A stretch of 64,000 nucleotides of DNA from a virus, in IMG/VR virus record IMGVR_UViG_3300027908_000024, positions 12,860-76,859 of that record; one strand, written 5' to 3'. The stretch's first letter is position 1. Every line of letters begins with the position of its first letter. Position numbers and translations under genes: made by a program. This document shows positions 62,473 to 64,000 of the stretch, piece after piece. The notes beneath the pieces were generated by a model, which had not been told where the DNA came from, did no database searches, and saw only the letters and a list, made by a program, of their open reading frames with translations.

Positions 62473-62786
62473 CACGCGCTCCTTCGTTCCGGCAACGGAA
62501 TACCTGCCCGGCACGCCGACTTGTAAATCTGCCCGACGCGCTGGCGCGTACAGCCCATCTTTAGTGCGATACTGGACATCTTCCACCCGGGCTTGAACAT
62601 CGCTGCCAGGATGGGCAACAACCTGGCGCTGCCGCGTTCTTCAGGCACGACAGCGAATTCCGCGCAGGCTCCGCGAACGGTCCAAACCTTGACGTGAAAG
62701 TCATTGGCGACTTGTGCTACTGACTGGCCATCGGCGACAGCCAGCGCCATCTGCTGTCGCCGGAGACGCTTTTCTTCTCTAGTCAT
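62472..62786 (-). CDS. Double-HTH DNA-binding protein
   Basis: GQSVAQVANDFHVKVWTVRGAC and MSSIALKMGCTRQRVGQI. Start at MTREEK. Confidence 0.6.
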   Translation of the reverse strand: MTREEKRLRRQQMALAVADGQSVAQVANDFHVKVWTVRGACAEFAVVPEERGSARLLPILAAMFKPGWKMSSIALKMGCTRQRVGQIYKSACRAGIPLPERRSA

Positions 62787-63078
62787 CGGAGCCGACCTCC
62801 CCACCGATCTCTCGCGCGGGCAGGTTGTCACCATCGACCTCGATGGTGAATAGTTGATCGCCAAGGCGCTCCGCGAGATGTTCTTCAAGCCAGCGCATAC
62901 TGACAAGAACAACCTCACGCCGATCCACGTAGACTCCCTTATCCGGACGACCACCACGGACGCCGTGAAAGCCATCCGTGAGACGCCAGCCCCATCTGGC
63001 TTCCTTGCCGGACACATAGCGGATCAGTTCGATCCAGGTGGAGAGTTTGACCTGGCGTGGTTCGGTTGGCTTGCTCAT
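62779..63078 (-). CDS. Hypothetical protein
   Basis: 99 aa, coupled. Confidence 0.5.
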   Translation of the reverse strand: MSKPTEPRQVKLSTWIELIRYVSGKEARWGWRLTDGFHGVRGGRPDKGVYVDRREVVLVSMRWLEEHLAERLGDQLFTIEVDGDNLPAREIGGEVGSDD

Positions 63079-63134
63079 CGGATGTACTCCAGAGATTCAG
63101 GTAGTGGCCTAAGATTGCGTTGGTAGCGAGCGAC

Positions 63135-63584
63135 CTAATAATAAGGCCAGTGCCAAGGATGCCTAACAAACCGAATCGACGGATCATGTCTGAAATCGTC
63201 TTCGTGGACAATCATTCTCTTCAGCCAAACGGGCTGACGCTCCTTCAATCTCGGGCGCAACTCTTCCCAGGAAAAGACGGCTGCCTCAGCGGTAAGCACG
63301 TCTGCCGCATGCTTCAACTCATCATCACCAACATGCCAACCGTACTCCTGGATGGCACAAAGCTTGGCAACAATAACCTCCAAGATGGCATCGTCCTTCA
63401 TGGAAATACCAACCACCGATTCCTCATCCAACTCATCGTTGATGTCCTCTTCATCCGCTGCTGCCATCCGGGCCAACATTTCCTCTTCAAAAATGGGTTT
63501 CAAGGGGCTTTGCACAGAAACTACCTCCTGCACAAAAACTCGGCGGTCTGCACAAAAACTCCTTCGCTGGGCTGCGACACGCAA
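63135..63584 (-). CDS. Hypothetical acidic protein (start uncertain)
   Basis: Co-oriented ORF. Confidence 0.5.
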   Translation of the reverse strand: MRVAAQRRSFCADRRVFVQEVVSVQSPLKPIFEEEMLARMAAADEEDINDELDEESVVGISMKDDAILEVIVAKLCAIQEYGWHVGDDELKHAADVLTAEAAVFSWEELRPRLKERQPVWLKRMIVHEDDFRHDPSIRFVRHPWHWPYY

Positions 63585-63610
63585 CGAATGTGGTTTGCTG
63601 CGCTACAGTT

Positions 63611-63850
63611 CTAGTTGGTTAGACGCAAACCGCAATCAAGCAACTCAATCCCGCCATCCTTCCTTGTTCTCACCTTGCCACGAACGCGAATCCACCAGCT
63701 TTTTCGCAAGCCTTTGAGAGTAGAAGCGAATCGCGGATCGAAGTGGCATATCGCCTCATCAACCGCAAATTTTGGGTTGGCGTCCTCGATTGTGGGAGCG
63801 TAGTAGAGCAGCCCTGATACTTCGATGATAGAACCTTCGTATGCAGACAT
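63611..63850 (-). CDS. Hypothetical protein, possible OB-like fold (start uncertain)
   Basis: MSAYEGSIIEVSG...WIRVRGKV...IELLDC. Confidence 0.45.
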   Translation of the reverse strand: MSAYEGSIIEVSGLLYYAPTIEDANPKFAVDEAICHFDPRFASTLKGLRKSWWIRVRGKVRTRKDGGIELLDCGLRLTN

Positions 63851-64000
63851 TTGCTTGCGGCGCTGCACCTGGCCGGAGAATGAGTCTGGCCTGGAGCCGC
63901 CGAACGCCTTAGCCGGCATCAGGCCGTCAAAGCGCTGCACAAGTTCGGTGGAAACGACACGGTACTTCACAATGTCGGGCACTAGCTCGCAGTCAACCAA

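Noticed and set aside
1-64000. tRNA, rRNA, integrase/att sites, DGR or retron reverse transcriptase
   Set aside because: No cloverleaf, rRNA-like tract, recombinase motif or YxDD RT motif was recognised by eye; tRNAscan and Infernal runs would be needed to exclude them formally.

Overview
The whole window is the morphogenesis arm of a large tailed dsDNA phage or prophage. Almost all genes are on the minus strand, so transcription runs from 64000 toward 1. The gene order in that direction is as follows. First come small accessory genes, an XRE HTH protein and an ADP-ribosylglycohydrolase. Next are four tightly coupled acidic multidomain ORFs (46.5-58.2 kb) carrying toxin-like enzymes (zeta-like P-loop kinase, ADP-ribosyltransferase, PI3/4K/HipA-like kinase, HExxH metallopeptidase, GNAT-like) and sharing short repeated motifs (RDEHG x15, GEVWQGPSGRWFTL x3, a W-x-x-x-D-x-x-G-x(n)-W module x6). 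Then come an HK97-type prohead protease fused to a AAA+ ATPase, two divergent HK97-fold major capsid proteins and decoration-like proteins, followed by head-tail joining proteins, a tail tube, tail chaperones with a clear -1 slippery site, a tape measure protein and tail/fibre proteins. A glycosylation toolkit is interleaved with the structural genes: GT2 and GT-A glycosyltransferases, a SPINDLY/OGT-like GT41, SAM methyltransferases, a radical SAM enzyme, a cytidylyltransferase and a HAD phosphatase. GroES-like and HslV-like proteins and two free-standing endonucleases are also present. Heptamer-armed palindromic elements sit at several gene junctions. No terminase, portal, integrase, tail sheath, rRNA, tRNA or CRISPR array was recognised. 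Several weak clues point to a Planctomycetota host. All family assignments come from motif recognition by eye, not from database searches.
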